Positions 27,871 through 38,042 of a stretch of 64,000 bases of DNA are shown piece after piece (the first letter of the stretch is position 1; every line of letters begins with the position of its first letter). The notes under the pieces are model-generated. The model ran no database searches. It was not told where the DNA came from and saw nothing but the letters and a program-made list of their open reading frames with translations. The position numbers were made by a program, and so were the translations under genes. Where the stretch lies: the IMG/VR virus record IMGVR_UViG_3300042013_000103; one strand, 5' to 3'. This stretch comes from a virus. Lineage: Duplodnaviria; Caudoviricetes.

Positions 27871-28548
27871 TCAATTCCCTTGATGGGTACCTTCCGTTCC
27901 TTCTGCTTGACGGCGCGCGGTTCGCGCTTTCGACAGGGCCAGGATTGCCCGTACATGAAACAGCATCTTCTCGTTTTCGGCACAGGCAAAACGCCCTTCC
28001 TGAAAACCTTCCAACACAATCTCTTGCACTTTGGCCAGGTCTTCCAACGTGACCCCGTTCAACCCTACCTCCGGCACCGCCCCGTTCTGCAGGACAATCA
28101 CCAATTGCGTGGCGATACTGTCCGCATCCTGTTCTTCCCGGGCCGGGTTGTCGGTGGCGTCAAACCCCGAGATCACAATGCGCTTCGGCGAACCCGAGGC
28201 GGCATCGGGGTACATAGCGTCGAACGTCTTGGCGCGGGTGGAGTCATTGCCTTGGACGGCGTCAAACTCTTCAAACCCGTAGATGCCCTGACGGCTCACC
28301 CACTGGCCTTTAACCCAAACCCAGGTGACGTTACGGACTTGGAACGCTTCGTCCTCCTTGGGGTGCTTGGGGAGGTCTGCGGTGCTATCCAGGGCCCGGA
28401 TCGTTGCCACGGTCTCCAAAGCCACCGTAATGTCCGCGGCCGTGACTTCTTCGTGGGTGCCGGCTTCATCCTTCACCACCCCGTCGTCACCGGCGGTAGT
28501 CTCGGGCAAATCTTTGGGGGTGATCACAGCTAACGGTGTCTCGGACAT
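27871..28548 (-). CDS. tad1: Tad1-family anti-defence signal sponge with an N-terminal extension
   Basis: C-terminal LQNG..E.G.NGV...DL.......L.GFQ.G.F..AEN....HV..........R...G.EGT matches the recalled Tad1 pattern. Confidence 0.75.
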   Translation of the reverse strand: MSETPLAVITPKDLPETTAGDDGVVKDEAGTHEEVTAADITVALETVATIRALDSTADLPKHPKEDEAFQVRNVTWVWVKGQWVSRQGIYGFEEFDAVQGNDSTRAKTFDAMYPDAASGSPKRIVISGFDATDNPAREEQDADSIATQLVIVLQNGAVPEVGLNGVTLEDLAKVQEIVLEGFQEGRFACAENEKMLFHVRAILALSKARTARRQAEGTEGTHQGN

Positions 28549-28552
28549 AGTC

Positions 28553-28999
28553 TTAATCCACGTGGTTCATGGCCAGCTGAACCAGCAGGCGTTGAATAGG
28601 GGCCGGCAAATCAGCCGCTTCGGTTTTCACGACACTGAGGATCGCCGCGTTGCGCTTGAGCAGGTTCTTTTCCACCTTGCTGGTTTCCGCCGCTTCCAAG
28701 ATGGCGAACATCCCGGACCACGTGGTGTGGTGGTGGAACATGAGACTCTCCACCAAACCAATGTAGAGCGGGTCCTTTAACAGAGGGAACACCGTTTCGT
28801 GCACGCCGTGGTAATGGATCACGTTGGCCAACATCGCAGGGGACATGTCATGACCCACCTGCAAACGCATGTCGTTAGAAAGTAACCCGGAGACCAGTGA
28901 CGGGGCACCGTTCTGTAGGTACTCGTTAAACATCGCTTGTCGTCCATCAATGTTCAACAAGCGATAACCCAGCCGCTGTAACCAGTTCAACTTGAGCAT
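28553..28999 (-). CDS. hypothetical protein
   Basis: Start revised to ATG 28999 (GAGG SD). Confidence 0.7.
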   Translation of the reverse strand: MLKLNWLQRLGYRLLNIDGRQAMFNEYLQNGAPSLVSGLLSNDMRLQVGHDMSPAMLANVIHYHGVHETVFPLLKDPLYIGLVESLMFHHHTTWSGMFAILEAAETSKVEKNLLKRNAAILSVVKTEAADLPAPIQRLLVQLAMNHVD

Positions 29000-29057
29000 C
29001 TGCCTTTCCTCGTGAATTAAGTGGGTACTAATACATACAGTACCCACTCGAGTAGAT

Positions 29058-31052
29058 TTAGAAACGGTCGGTGGTTTGGGCGAACGCCGACAGGGTACGG
29101 GCGATGTCCCCGTCCAAGCCCCACGACATCAGGTTGGTGGGCGAACGCCAGCTGCGGAAGTTCTGCACGGCTCGGGTCAGGTTGAGGTTCAACCGTTTCC
29201 CAGCGTAATAGAAGTCCGCCCAGGTTTGTGACGTCAAGGTGCCCACGTAATCCTGGAACAACGACTGTTCATCCCACACGGCCCCTTCCGACAACGCGAT
29301 GCCCGTGGCCAAACCTGCTTCAGCGTTGCCCAAGGCCCCACCTATTTGTTCCGACGCCAACGCAGTGCCTGCCCGAGCCGCCGTGCCCAACCAGCTGTTC
29401 GAGGCAAAGCCGCCTTTCAACGGCATGTACATCAACTTTGACAGGTCTTTGAAGCTGATGCTGACTTCCAGGCCCAGCATGTCGTGGTCCGCGTTCCAAC
29501 CGATGTTACCGGTACCACGGCGTACGGTGATGTTGTCCACAATCCCCAGCTGCCGTTGTACGCGCCCTTGGTGGTAGATCTGTACAATGAACGGGGCGGT
29601 GTACGCCGACCGTCCAGCGGCCTTTGGGAGGCCCAAAGGCAGGATCATCGCCAAGGGGATGTACAGGTTCATGAACCGGGAGATCTTGTTCCCGTACGGC
29701 GACACCAAGGGAATGGTGTAACTCGCCGTCGGCAGTTGCGCTGTGGCCGATTCCCAGTATTCCGGCACGTCCACAAACGCCGAACCGGTCAGTGTGGCCA
29801 AGCCCGACATGTTCACCGAGTCGGCAGCACCCCCGATCACGCCTTTCACCATCGCAATGGCTTGCCCCACGCCTTCCGTGACGTTACCGCCCATGAAGTT
29901 GAACGACGCAGCGCGCCCTTCCTTGACCTTAGTGTCCAGTTGTGAAGCCACCCCCACTTCGGTGGTGGAGTTGCTGAACGATTCCGACACTTCCCCCGTG
30001 TAGTCCACCCGGAAAGTCACGAACTGCGAACCGTCCCGTTGTGCACCGATAATGAAATCGTACGACTGGGACAAGTCCGACCAGCTCGAGAAAGACTCCG
30101 TGTCGATGATCCCGCTGTCGCCGGACTTGTTGGTTTTGGCCAAATAGTCCAGGGCATACTGCCTCGCTGAAACCCCCGGGTTCGGGTCTTCTTGACTGGT
30201 CTTCTGCAGTGCCAACACCCCGGCCTTCAGTTCCGCGATCGTGGTGGCTTTCTCTTGGAGGGATCGCATGGCTTTTTGAGCCGCGTCTGATTTACGTTGA
30301 GTACGACCAGCAAGAGCCATAACATCGACACCACCTTCCTCGCGAAAGAAACCGGGGAAGATGCGGTGGAGTTCTTTGACGTCTTCATGGGTCACCTGCT
30401 GTCCTGGGTCTTCCATTGGTGCGGGCGTGTTGGCGTCCCCCATGATGCGGGGAGTGATGCCCAGACCAATCGCGAATTCATTGGCCAGTAGGTTCACGGC
30501 AGACCAGTACGCGTGCATGTTCGGTTTGAAGTAAAACCACTTCGAGGGGTTGGTTTTCTGCAGGAACGACATCACCCGGCTCGCCCCGGTCAGGCCGATG
30601 ATAAACGGTTGCAAGGGCAACGTAACAATGAAGCCCCCCACGTTCCCCAGGTTGTACCAGAGGCTCGACACTTGCCCGCTGTTGGCAAAGGCTGCCGCGG
30701 AACGGTCGTAGAAGTTCACGAAGAACCCCGACCAGCTGGAGAACCGAGGGTCCCCCACGGAAATGTGAATCTGTTGCCGTGTGTCATCGTGCGCTTCGGA
30801 ATAGTAACGTCCCATGCCCATGATGGCGTCTTTGTCTTCCCGACCGCGCCCGGGTAACCGGATGTCACAGTAACGGGTGTACTGCGGCAGGTTGTTGATG
30901 GTGTAGTTGCCGCCTAAGGTCGTGTTGGTGAACTTAAAGGCCGCGGACGTAGCGTTGCGTCGTCCGGTCTCGGAACCGAAAGACCCTTTCTCAAAGCTGG
31001 TGGGCACGAGGAAAGCTTGGCGCATGTTGATGGGCGTTGGAATCGTCGCCAT
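29058..31052 (-). CDS. virion structural (baseplate/tail) protein, phiKZ gp182-like
   Basis: Position directly after the tape measure; GMGRYYSE and GI...[11 protein letters not shown] pattern; start 31052 with AGGAG SD. Confidence 0.7.
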   Translation of the reverse strand: MATIPTPINMRQAFLVPTSFEKGSFGSETGRRNATSAAFKFTNTTLGGNYTINNLPQYTRYCDIRLPGRGREDKDAIMGMGRYYSEAHDDTRQQIHISVGDPRFSSWSGFFVNFYDRSAAAFANSGQVSSLWYNLGNVGGFIVTLPLQPFIIGLTGASRVMSFLQKTNPSKWFYFKPNMHAYWSAVNLLANEFAIGLGITPRIMGDANTPAPMEDPGQQVTHEDVKELHRIFPGFFREEGGVDVMALAGRTQRKSDAAQKAMRSLQEKATTIAELKAGVLALQKTSQEDPNPGVSARQYALDYLAKTNKSGDSGIIDTESFSSWSDLSQSYDFIIGAQRDGSQFVTFRVDYTGEVSESFSNSTTEVGVASQLDTKVKEGRAASFNFMGGNVTEGVGQAIAMVKGVIGGAADSVNMSGLATLTGSAFVDVPEYWESATAQLPTASYTIPLVSPYGNKISRFMNLYIPLAMILPLGLPKAAGRSAYTAPFIVQIYHQGRVQRQLGIVDNITVRRGTGNIGWNADHDMLGLEVSISFKDLSKLMYMPLKGGFASNSWLGTAARAGTALASEQIGGALGNAEAGLATGIALSEGAVWDEQSLFQDYVGTLTSQTWADFYYAGKRLNLNLTRAVQNFRSWRSPTNLMSWGLDGDIARTLSAFAQTTDRF

Positions 31053-31084
31053 AGCAATGCTCCTGTCTGGAAAATGCGAAATAA

Positions 31085-31110
31085 GAGACCTCCCCCGAAG
31101 GGAAGGCCTC
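31085..31110 (-). terminator. intrinsic terminator (UUCG loop)
   Basis: Imperfect GC stem after the tape measure stop. Confidence 0.6.
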
Positions 31111-31118
31111 ATTCAAGG

Positions 31119-34100
31119 TCAGCTCAAAGATACAGGTGGTGCGGTCTGCTGTGCAGATCTGCCTGTCGGAGCCGGACTAGTAGAGGACATACTATTGTCC
31201 CGCTGCTGGGTCAGGGTCTCTAACAAGACAACCATCCGTTGTTGGGCTGCTAATTGCAGGGCGCCGTTGTCCAGCATTTGCTGCTGGATGTTGATTTGCT
31301 CACCCACGTCCTTGGTCCGTAGTTGGTCTCTCGCTTTGGCCGCTTGGTACGCCGGGCTCAACCCCGCTGGGGCTGCAGGAGCAGCGTCCATTGGAGCAGG
31401 AGCGTCCGGGGCTTTCAGCATCCCAACCGGTCCGGTCGGGGCTTGGGCCTGTGGTGCTCCGCCACTGGTGTTGGTCGGGGTGGAACCCGATGGACCCGTG
31501 GTCGATGCGGCGGCTTTGGAGACGTTGTAGGCTTTGGCTTCGTCCAAGGCTTTCTGCCCAGCGTCCGTTTCGGGAGCTTTGGCTTCGGCCACCACGTCCT
31601 TCATCTGGCCTTCCATTGCCTTCGCCTTGGCCGCTTGTGCTTCCTCTGGCGTGGTCTCTTTGCCTTCCTGGGCTTTGTTGACCGAACTGTTGGCGCCCGT
31701 CCGGTGAGGTTTGATCTTCGCATCGAACAACGCGTAGACTTCCCCGATGGTGCGGGCTTGGCCGGCTCTGAAGTAGAAGATCGACTTGTTGGCCTGGGCT
31801 TGCGCCGGGAACAACTGCGCAGCAACGGCCCCTTGATCGGCCATCAAGAATCGACGTGCCGTTTCAGGACCAAAGAAGTGGGCACAGTACATGTCCACGT
31901 CCGTCGGTTCACGGCCCAACTTACCCGCCAGGAAGCGGTAGTTGTCGAGCATGAACAAACCACCCATCAGGGCGTTGATCCGAGGGTCCAGTCGCTGTTG
32001 GCGGTTGGTGTCAGGAGGCAGGCCATACTTCGCACCGTACTTCTTGATGTAACCGTCCCACGTCCCGTTAATGAACTGGAACCAACCTGTGGCCGAAGAC
32101 GTCCCAGCTTTCGCCAGGTAGTCAAAGTTAGATTCCAACGAGACGAAGATGTTCAACAGCTCCAACGGCAACCCGATCATGTCCGCCACCGCTTTCAGCG
32201 TGGGCTGAGCCGCAGCTTTGGATCTGTTCGAAGCCGGCATTGGAATCTGTTCCCAGGTGCCGCCGTTCCCTTTGGTCAACCCACCGAACGAAGTCCCCGA
32301 CACAGCAATCTTATCGGTGACCCCGGTGTTGTACTTCAGGGTGTCGTAGACGTCTTTCCCCGAGTCGGCTACCTTGCCCCCGAACTCCGTGACCGATTCC
32401 CACGCGTTGGAGACAGTGTCCTTCACCGCCGAGAACAACCGGGCCGAGAAGCCTTTGCCCGATTGCGCGTCAACTTTCCCGTCGACCTGTTGGCCAGCAG
32501 TCATGGTGGGGGTTTCGATGATGTCCCCGGAAGCAACTTTCTTCAGGTACTCCAGTTCCGTCGCCGCCAAGGTCTGCAGCGCGTCCAGATCCCCCGTCAC
32601 CTCGAAAGGCGGTTGGACTTTCCAGATGCTGCCTTCCGGCCCGTCGGATTTGGCCCCGATGATCGCGTTACCGACCGTGACTTTGTCCGCCGCCTTTAGG
32701 GAAGCTTCCACCCGCGCCAAGTCGGTGTTACCCGTGATGACCTTGATCGACCCGATGTACGCTCGGAACACCGGCCCAAAGCGGTTCACGATCCAATGCA
32801 CAAAGCGATCGCGTTTCGCCCCATCCGACAACGACAACCCAAACATCGGTGCCGCGTCTTCCACCAAACTCCCCAGGTCCGCCGTGTAGTCCGCGGTCCC
32901 GTCTTGTTGGATTTTCAACCCCAACATGAACCGGGCTTCGAACGACAGAATCGAACTGACCGACGCCACGTCCGCCGATTCCAACCCGTACGCCCGGAAG
33001 CGCAACGATTGCAAACCGGTCAGCTTAGTGGTCGGAGCCCGCACCGTGGCCATCGCCGGAGCAATGGACGCCGTCATCTTGGCCCGCATGTCTTTGGTCA
33101 ACCCTGCAGTAACCCCAACCGCCACGGGGGACGGTTTAACCTCAGGGCCACCCATGATGTCGTCCGCGGTGAGTTCTTTAGCAGCAGACGGTTTCTTGGC
33201 CGGAAGAGCAGCAGCCGCGGCTTTGGCACCAGCGCCCGCCATGGCGGTGGTGGTCACCACGCCCGAGGCCGCCCCGGAGGGGTCTTTGGCTTTGAGTTTG
33301 TACTGCGCTTTCAACGCGGCGAGCATCTCCTTGATCTTAGGGGTCAGGTCTTCCAGGTCGTCTTCATCACCGAACGGGTTCATCCGGTACTGGTACGGGG
33401 AATTGCTACCGTCCAAGGACGACACCGAATCCAGCAGGCTGTATTTCAACGCGTCATCGATTTTCCCATCGATGTCATTCAACAACACCGACGATTGACC
33501 GATGTTCGTCAACCCTTGCAGCCAAGCGGTGAACACGGGTTTGAAGCGAAGGTCCAACCACCGCGCCATGCGCAGCACCTGATCGTCCGCATCCATGTCC
33601 ACCCCGAGGATGTCCGCAACCTTCGGCAACGACTCCTTGTTGATCTTGATCGCAAAACCATTGGCCCGGTCCACCGTGCCTTCGAGGAACGCTTCCAGCT
33701 CCAGGACTTTCTTCTGATCGCCCATAGCGTCGGCGCCGTACTGCAACAAACGCAGTTGACGCAATTCCCCACGGGTTTGCAGGTACTGTGCACCTTTATA
33801 AGCACCGTACCCTACTGCCGCCACACCGGCCGCCACCAGCACGACCGGCGACGTCAGCGCCGCCAACAACCCAGACGCCACCGAAGCCAGCGCCGTACCG
33901 GCCATGGCCATCCCAGACATCCCGACCGTACCTGCTACCGCGGCGGTGCCTTTGGCGACCGACCAAGCCGCTCCCGCACCACGGGCCATCAGGCCAGCTT
34001 TCGGAACCTTCGGCATGACCGGTTTGCGCAGCTTCCCTTTACGGCGACGACCGCCGGTGATTCCGTCCTTGATATCAGCCAAGTCCGCAGCGTCAGACAA

Positions 34101-37100
34101 CCCAAAACCGTCGTCGTCGTCTTCCTCGGCTTTATCCTTACCGCCGAGTTTGGCCATGAGTTTGCCCAAACCCCCTTTCATCAGGTTCCCAAACCCCCCG
34201 TCCGCTTTATCCGCTTTGGTTTGTTTGGTCCCGTCAGGGTTCTTCTCGGCCTCTGCTGCCCGGGACATCTTCTCCTGCCAGCTGCCTTTGCGAGGACCAG
34301 GTGGGTTCAAGCGGTTGACCAAGGTTTCGAGGATCCCGCCCAGCAGTTGATCGGTAGGGGTTTCCAACTTGCCGTAGTCAATGAGCTTACCGCCCAATCC
34401 GCCCAGCACACCCCCCATCTTCTTGCCTGCTGCGCCTGCTTTACCGCCCAACCAACCGTAGTACTTCTTGGTCATCTTCCAGTAAGCTTTGACCGGGGCT
34501 TTCAGCATCTTCTTCAGCATGCTGGATTTCTTGGCCAGGGCATGGGGCTTGCCGTCGGAGTTCAACAGCAACGGCATCTGCGTGGCGGTGAGTACGACGT
34601 TGCCTTTTAGATCGAACAACGGTCCTTTCAGGTTGTCGAAGTCGGTCAGAACTTCACCGTCCGAGTTGGCGTACTGGCCTCGACGGAGTTCATACGCCGA
34701 GACTGCTGGGTCCACTGTGCCGGGCAAGTAACCGTCTTGGTTACCGACCAAACGGTCCGTGATGAGTTTCACCCCACCCCACGCCAAGGCGCCGGCATTG
34801 GCCCCACCTTTCAGCAACATCTTGGTCAGCTTCTGCGACTGGGTTCCTGGACCAAAGAGGTAATCCTTGGCCGCTTTCGCTGCTCCTTTGACCGCGGTGA
34901 GTTTCCCCGTGGCACTGTCCACCAGTCCGTCTTTCAAGTCCTGGGCCGTGGCCACAATGCGCCCGGAACGGTCCACGATGGTCCCGGTGATGTCGTCCAG
35001 TTTCTGGATGACTACGCCCGTGGCTTGGTCCAAGTACTCGCCGGCTTTGATGTCCCGTCCTAACAACAACGGTTCCCGTCGCCCTGGAATGACCCAATCC
35101 GTCCGGGAGAATTCCCCTTCGATGGTCTGACCGAACATCTGTGCAGTAGGGTCCCAATTGTCCATGGCCTTCTGAGCCCGTTCCATGAACTCCCCTTCCA
35201 CGGCCTGTTGGGTACGCACAACCAATTGACCAGCGGAGTTGGCCAACCCACGAGTGGCTTCCATTTCCGACAACACTAAGTTGCCTTCACGGTTGATCAC
35301 TGCCCCGGTGATGTCCTTGATCGAGGTGATGATCTTTTTGGTTTTGACGTCCATCAAGTTGCCGTTGAGGATATCTGTCGCCCGGATCACCAGCTGGTTC
35401 GTGTCAGGCAAAGACAAGTCCATGACGAACTCGGACACTTTGGCTTTGGCTCCCTGCAACACGTCCGCTGCCTTGGAGAACGCTTCAGAGGCCATGGCAC
35501 CGCCAGCGGCCACCTGAGCTTTCTGGTGGGCTTCCTGAGCATAACCTTTAACCTGGTCGCCGAAATCCCCTGCCATCGCTTTAGCGTGCGCTGCAGCTTC
35601 TCCTACGGTGGCCCGCGCCTGTTCGTAGGCATCCATGGCGGGACCTTTGACCTGGGCCTTGATTTTACGGTAAGCTTCGGCAATGGCACCCCCGGCTTTA
35701 GACCCGTGAGCCCGTAACTGATCGCCCCAACCCCCAGCCTGCGCCCCAGCGCCTTGTGCGTGCGCCGCTGACGCCGCTCGGAACTCGGCTGAGCCGTCCC
35801 AAGCTTTCTGCCCGGCCACCTTGGCCTTGTTCTTCAGTTTGTCCGCCAGCTGTCCGAAGCGCCCGCCCATGCCCTGAGGCATTGGACCGACAAACCCCGC
35901 ACCGGTTGGCGTGGACTCATTGGTGGCAAACGGGTTGTCCGAAGAAATGTCCGCCCGCATGAGTTCCCACAGGCGTTCGTAGTTAATCCGGTCGTTGCCA
36001 TTCTCGGTGACGACGATGCCCAGAATCCGCAAGGACTCCGTGCCCCCCGATTCCACCAACCGCGAGATTTCGTTAAACGGATCGGCCGCCACGTCGCGAA
36101 CGTTCAAGAACGCTTTGGAGAACTCACTCAGCTTCTTGTTGTTGCCGCCGGTGTTTTCCATCTTACCGTCGGCCCCCGAAGTGAACTGGGCCTTGAAGAA
36201 CCCTGCGAGCTCTTCCTGCACGCCCCGGTCTTGGGTGTCCTTGTACCCACTGGCTTGGCTGTACTTCGCTGGGTCGAACCGCTTATTGGTGGCCGAATCC
36301 CGCAGCAACCGAGCCCCCAGTACCTTCCGCGCCTCTGCTGATAGCTTGCCTTCTTTGTCGTAGGTGTTCAGCGTGTCGTCGATGGTGCTGGACACGTTAC
36401 GGGCGGATTGACGCCCGATCACCGAAGCCGACAGGTTCTTGAGTGCAGCCCCTTCTTCCGAAAACTTCCCGTTGGTGATGTCAAACTTCACCAAGGCGGC
36501 ATCGCTGCGTCCGGTCCGGATGTTCGTCAGTTCCCGCAGTTGACGTGCCAACAGCCCAGGAATAATGTCCACCAAAGTGCGCTGGCCCAGTTGGTTCCAG
36601 GTCGCTTGTTTCTCAATGGTTTGATACTTGCTGGACTTGAGCTGATCGTCTAAGCGGAATTGGGGCAAAAAGGACGACATCGCCTTCTGCAACAACCCCT
36701 TCGCGCCGGTTTGGTTCTGTGAATTATTCATCCACTCTTGGAGCAAGGCAGGGGCGTTGTCGATGGCGTACGAAGCACGGTGTTGACCACCGCCTCGAGC
36801 ATCTAAGAACTTATCCACACCCGGACGGAGCTTGCGCCCTATCCGTGGCGCCACCGAGTTCTTGAGGAACCCCATGACGCCGTCACCGGCTAACGACCCG
36901 GCCATTTCGTAACGGTTGTCCCAGGCTTGTTTCTTCATGCCCGAGCTGCTTTGCATGGCCATGGACAATGCGCTGATAGCGCTGCCGGCTTTCTCCGAGA
37001 GGTTGCCCCGGATCTGATCGCCGTACGTCCCTAAGAACGCAGGCAGGCCTTTGGCAATCGCCCCCGAGATGCGCGACGCGGCACCCTGAGCCATTTCCAT

Positions 37101-37985
37101 GCTGACCAGTTCTTTCATGGACGACTTCATGTGCTCCGGCGTACCGGTGTTGCGCACCAAAGCTTTATAACCCATCTGGTGCAACTGCACCTGTGCTTCC
37201 GACACCCGCAGCAAATCCCGGGTGGCTTGGTAGGTACGGAATTGCAGCTCCAGTTGTTTGCGCTGGATGTTGTAACCGATCTGTTCGTTGTAGTTGGCCA
37301 TCCGGGTGATGCCGTCGACGGCCATCGACATGCCACGGGACATGAAGTCATAACGCTTACCCGAGACCCGATCGCGGATACCACGTTCGGCTTGGGCCAG
37401 GGTAAAGCGACGGTCCGCGTTGCGTTCCGATTCCTGGTGGGTGCGTTGGGTGACCAACGTGTTCTGGTCCATCGCCCCACGGATTTCGTCTTCGTCAGCC
37501 TGTTGCTGAGCCCGTTGACGGATCTTGAGTTGGTCGCGGCTGGATTCTTGTTGGTACTTATACTGGTCAAGTTTACTTATTGTAGCTTGATCCAGACGGT
37601 CGTACAAAGACTGGGGAATTTTGCTTTGAAGAGCTGGCATAGCCAACTGCGCTTCTTTAGCAATGGTGGACAAATCCCCCGGATGCTTCCGTTCAATCTC
37701 ATCCACCACGTCCGTCAACATCTGCTTGCTGGCGTCCATCACCCCAAAGGTCCGGTTAATCCCGTCCGGGGTCATGCTGCGCAAGAACGACGTCAGTACC
37801 GTCTTCCCTTTATTCTTATCAACCAACGACCCTTTCATGCCAACAGCAAACTGGCGCAACGGGCCTTTCTTTTTCTCAGTGGGATCAGGGCCAAAGATAT
37901 CGTCGATATTCCCCAAGTCCAACACGGCCATCTGTTGCGTGATGCCCGAGTTTTTCTGTAATAACTTAGTCTTTTTGGTCGCCAT
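31119..37985 (-). CDS. tail tape measure protein with lytic transglycosylase domain, phiKZ gp181-like
   Basis: About 2288 aa, Ala/Gly-rich helical; SLT motif SLESNF...SSATGWFQFINGTW near the C-terminus; divergent from RNAP beta'. Confidence 0.92.
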   Translation of the reverse strand: MATKKTKLLQKNSGITQQMAVLDLGNIDDIFGPDPTEKKKGPLRQFAVGMKGSLVDKNKGKTVLTSFLRSMTPDGINRTFGVMDASKQMLTDVVDEIERKHPGDLSTIAKEAQLAMPALQSKIPQSLYDRLDQATISKLDQYKYQQESSRDQLKIRQRAQQQADEDEIRGAMDQNTLVTQRTHQESERNADRRFTLAQAERGIRDRVSGKRYDFMSRGMSMAVDGITRMANYNEQIGYNIQRKQLELQFRTYQATRDLLRVSEAQVQLHQMGYKALVRNTGTPEHMKSSMKELVSMEMAQGAASRISGAIAKGLPAFLGTYGDQIRGNLSEKAGSAISALSMAMQSSSGMKKQAWDNRYEMAGSLAGDGVMGFLKNSVAPRIGRKLRPGVDKFLDARGGGQHRASYAIDNAPALLQEWMNNSQNQTGAKGLLQKAMSSFLPQFRLDDQLKSSKYQTIEKQATWNQLGQRTLVDIIPGLLARQLRELTNIRTGRSDAALVKFDITNGKFSEEGAALKNLSASVIGRQSARNVSSTIDDTLNTYDKEGKLSAEARKVLGARLLRDSATNKRFDPAKYSQASGYKDTQDRGVQEELAGFFKAQFTSGADGKMENTGGNNKKLSEFSKAFLNVRDVAADPFNEISRLVESGGTESLRILGIVVTENGNDRINYERLWELMRADISSDNPFATNESTPTGAGFVGPMPQGMGGRFGQLADKLKNKAKVAGQKAWDGSAEFRAASAAHAQGAGAQAGGWGDQLRAHGSKAGGAIAEAYRKIKAQVKGPAMDAYEQARATVGEAAAHAKAMAGDFGDQVKGYAQEAHQKAQVAAGGAMASEAFSKAADVLQGAKAKVSEFVMDLSLPDTNQLVIRATDILNGNLMDVKTKKIITSIKDITGAVINREGNLVLSEMEATRGLANSAGQLVVRTQQAVEGEFMERAQKAMDNWDPTAQMFGQTIEGEFSRTDWVIPGRREPLLLGRDIKAGEYLDQATGVVIQKLDDITGTIVDRSGRIVATAQDLKDGLVDSATGKLTAVKGAAKAAKDYLFGPGTQSQKLTKMLLKGGANAGALAWGGVKLITDRLVGNQDGYLPGTVDPAVSAYELRRGQYANSDGEVLTDFDNLKGPLFDLKGNVVLTATQMPLLLNSDGKPHALAKKSSMLKKMLKAPVKAYWKMTKKYYGWLGGKAGAAGKKMGGVLGGLGGKLIDYGKLETPTDQLLGGILETLVNRLNPPGPRKGSWQEKMSRAAEAEKNPDGTKQTKADKADGGFGNLMKGGLGKLMAKLGGKDKAEEDDDDGFGLSDAADLADIKDGITGGRRRKGKLRKPVMPKVPKAGLMARGAGAAWSVAKGTAAVAGTVGMSGMAMAGTALASVASGLLAALTSPVVLVAAGVAAVGYGAYKGAQYLQTRGELRQLRLLQYGADAMGDQKKVLELEAFLEGTVDRANGFAIKINKESLPKVADILGVDMDADDQVLRMARWLDLRFKPVFTAWLQGLTNIGQSSVLLNDIDGKIDDALKYSLLDSVSSLDGSNSPYQYRMNPFGDEDDLEDLTPKIKEMLAALKAQYKLKAKDPSGAASGVVTTTAMAGAGAKAAAAALPAKKPSAAKELTADDIMGGPEVKPSPVAVGVTAGLTKDMRAKMTASIAPAMATVRAPTTKLTGLQSLRFRAYGLESADVASVSSILSFEARFMLGLKIQQDGTADYTADLGSLVEDAAPMFGLSLSDGAKRDRFVHWIVNRFGPVFRAYIGSIKVITGNTDLARVEASLKAADKVTVGNAIIGAKSDGPEGSIWKVQPPFEVTGDLDALQTLAATELEYLKKVASGDIIETPTMTAGQQVDGKVDAQSGKGFSARLFSAVKDTVSNAWESVTEFGGKVADSGKDVYDTLKYNTGVTDKIAVSGTSFGGLTKGNGGTWEQIPMPASNRSKAAAQPTLKAVADMIGLPLELLNIFVSLESNFDYLAKAGTSSATGWFQFINGTWDGYIKKYGAKYGLPPDTNRQQRLDPRINALMGGLFMLDNYRFLAGKLGREPTDVDMYCAHFFGPETARRFLMADQGAVAAQLFPAQAQANKSIFYFRAGQARTIGEVYALFDAKIKPHRTGANSSVNKAQEGKETTPEEAQAAKAKAMEGQMKDVVAEAKAPETDAGQKALDEAKAYNVSKAAASTTGPSGSTPTNTSGGAPQAQAPTGPVGMLKAPDAPAPMDAAPAAPAGLSPAYQAAKARDQLRTKDVGEQINIQQQMLDNGALQLAAQQRMVVLLETLTQQRDNSMSSTSPAPTGRSAQQTAPPVSLS

Positions 37986-38042
37986 GGGAAACTCCATCGA
38001 CTGTTAAATAATCATATCGTAACCCTCTAAGAGGTACCTACA

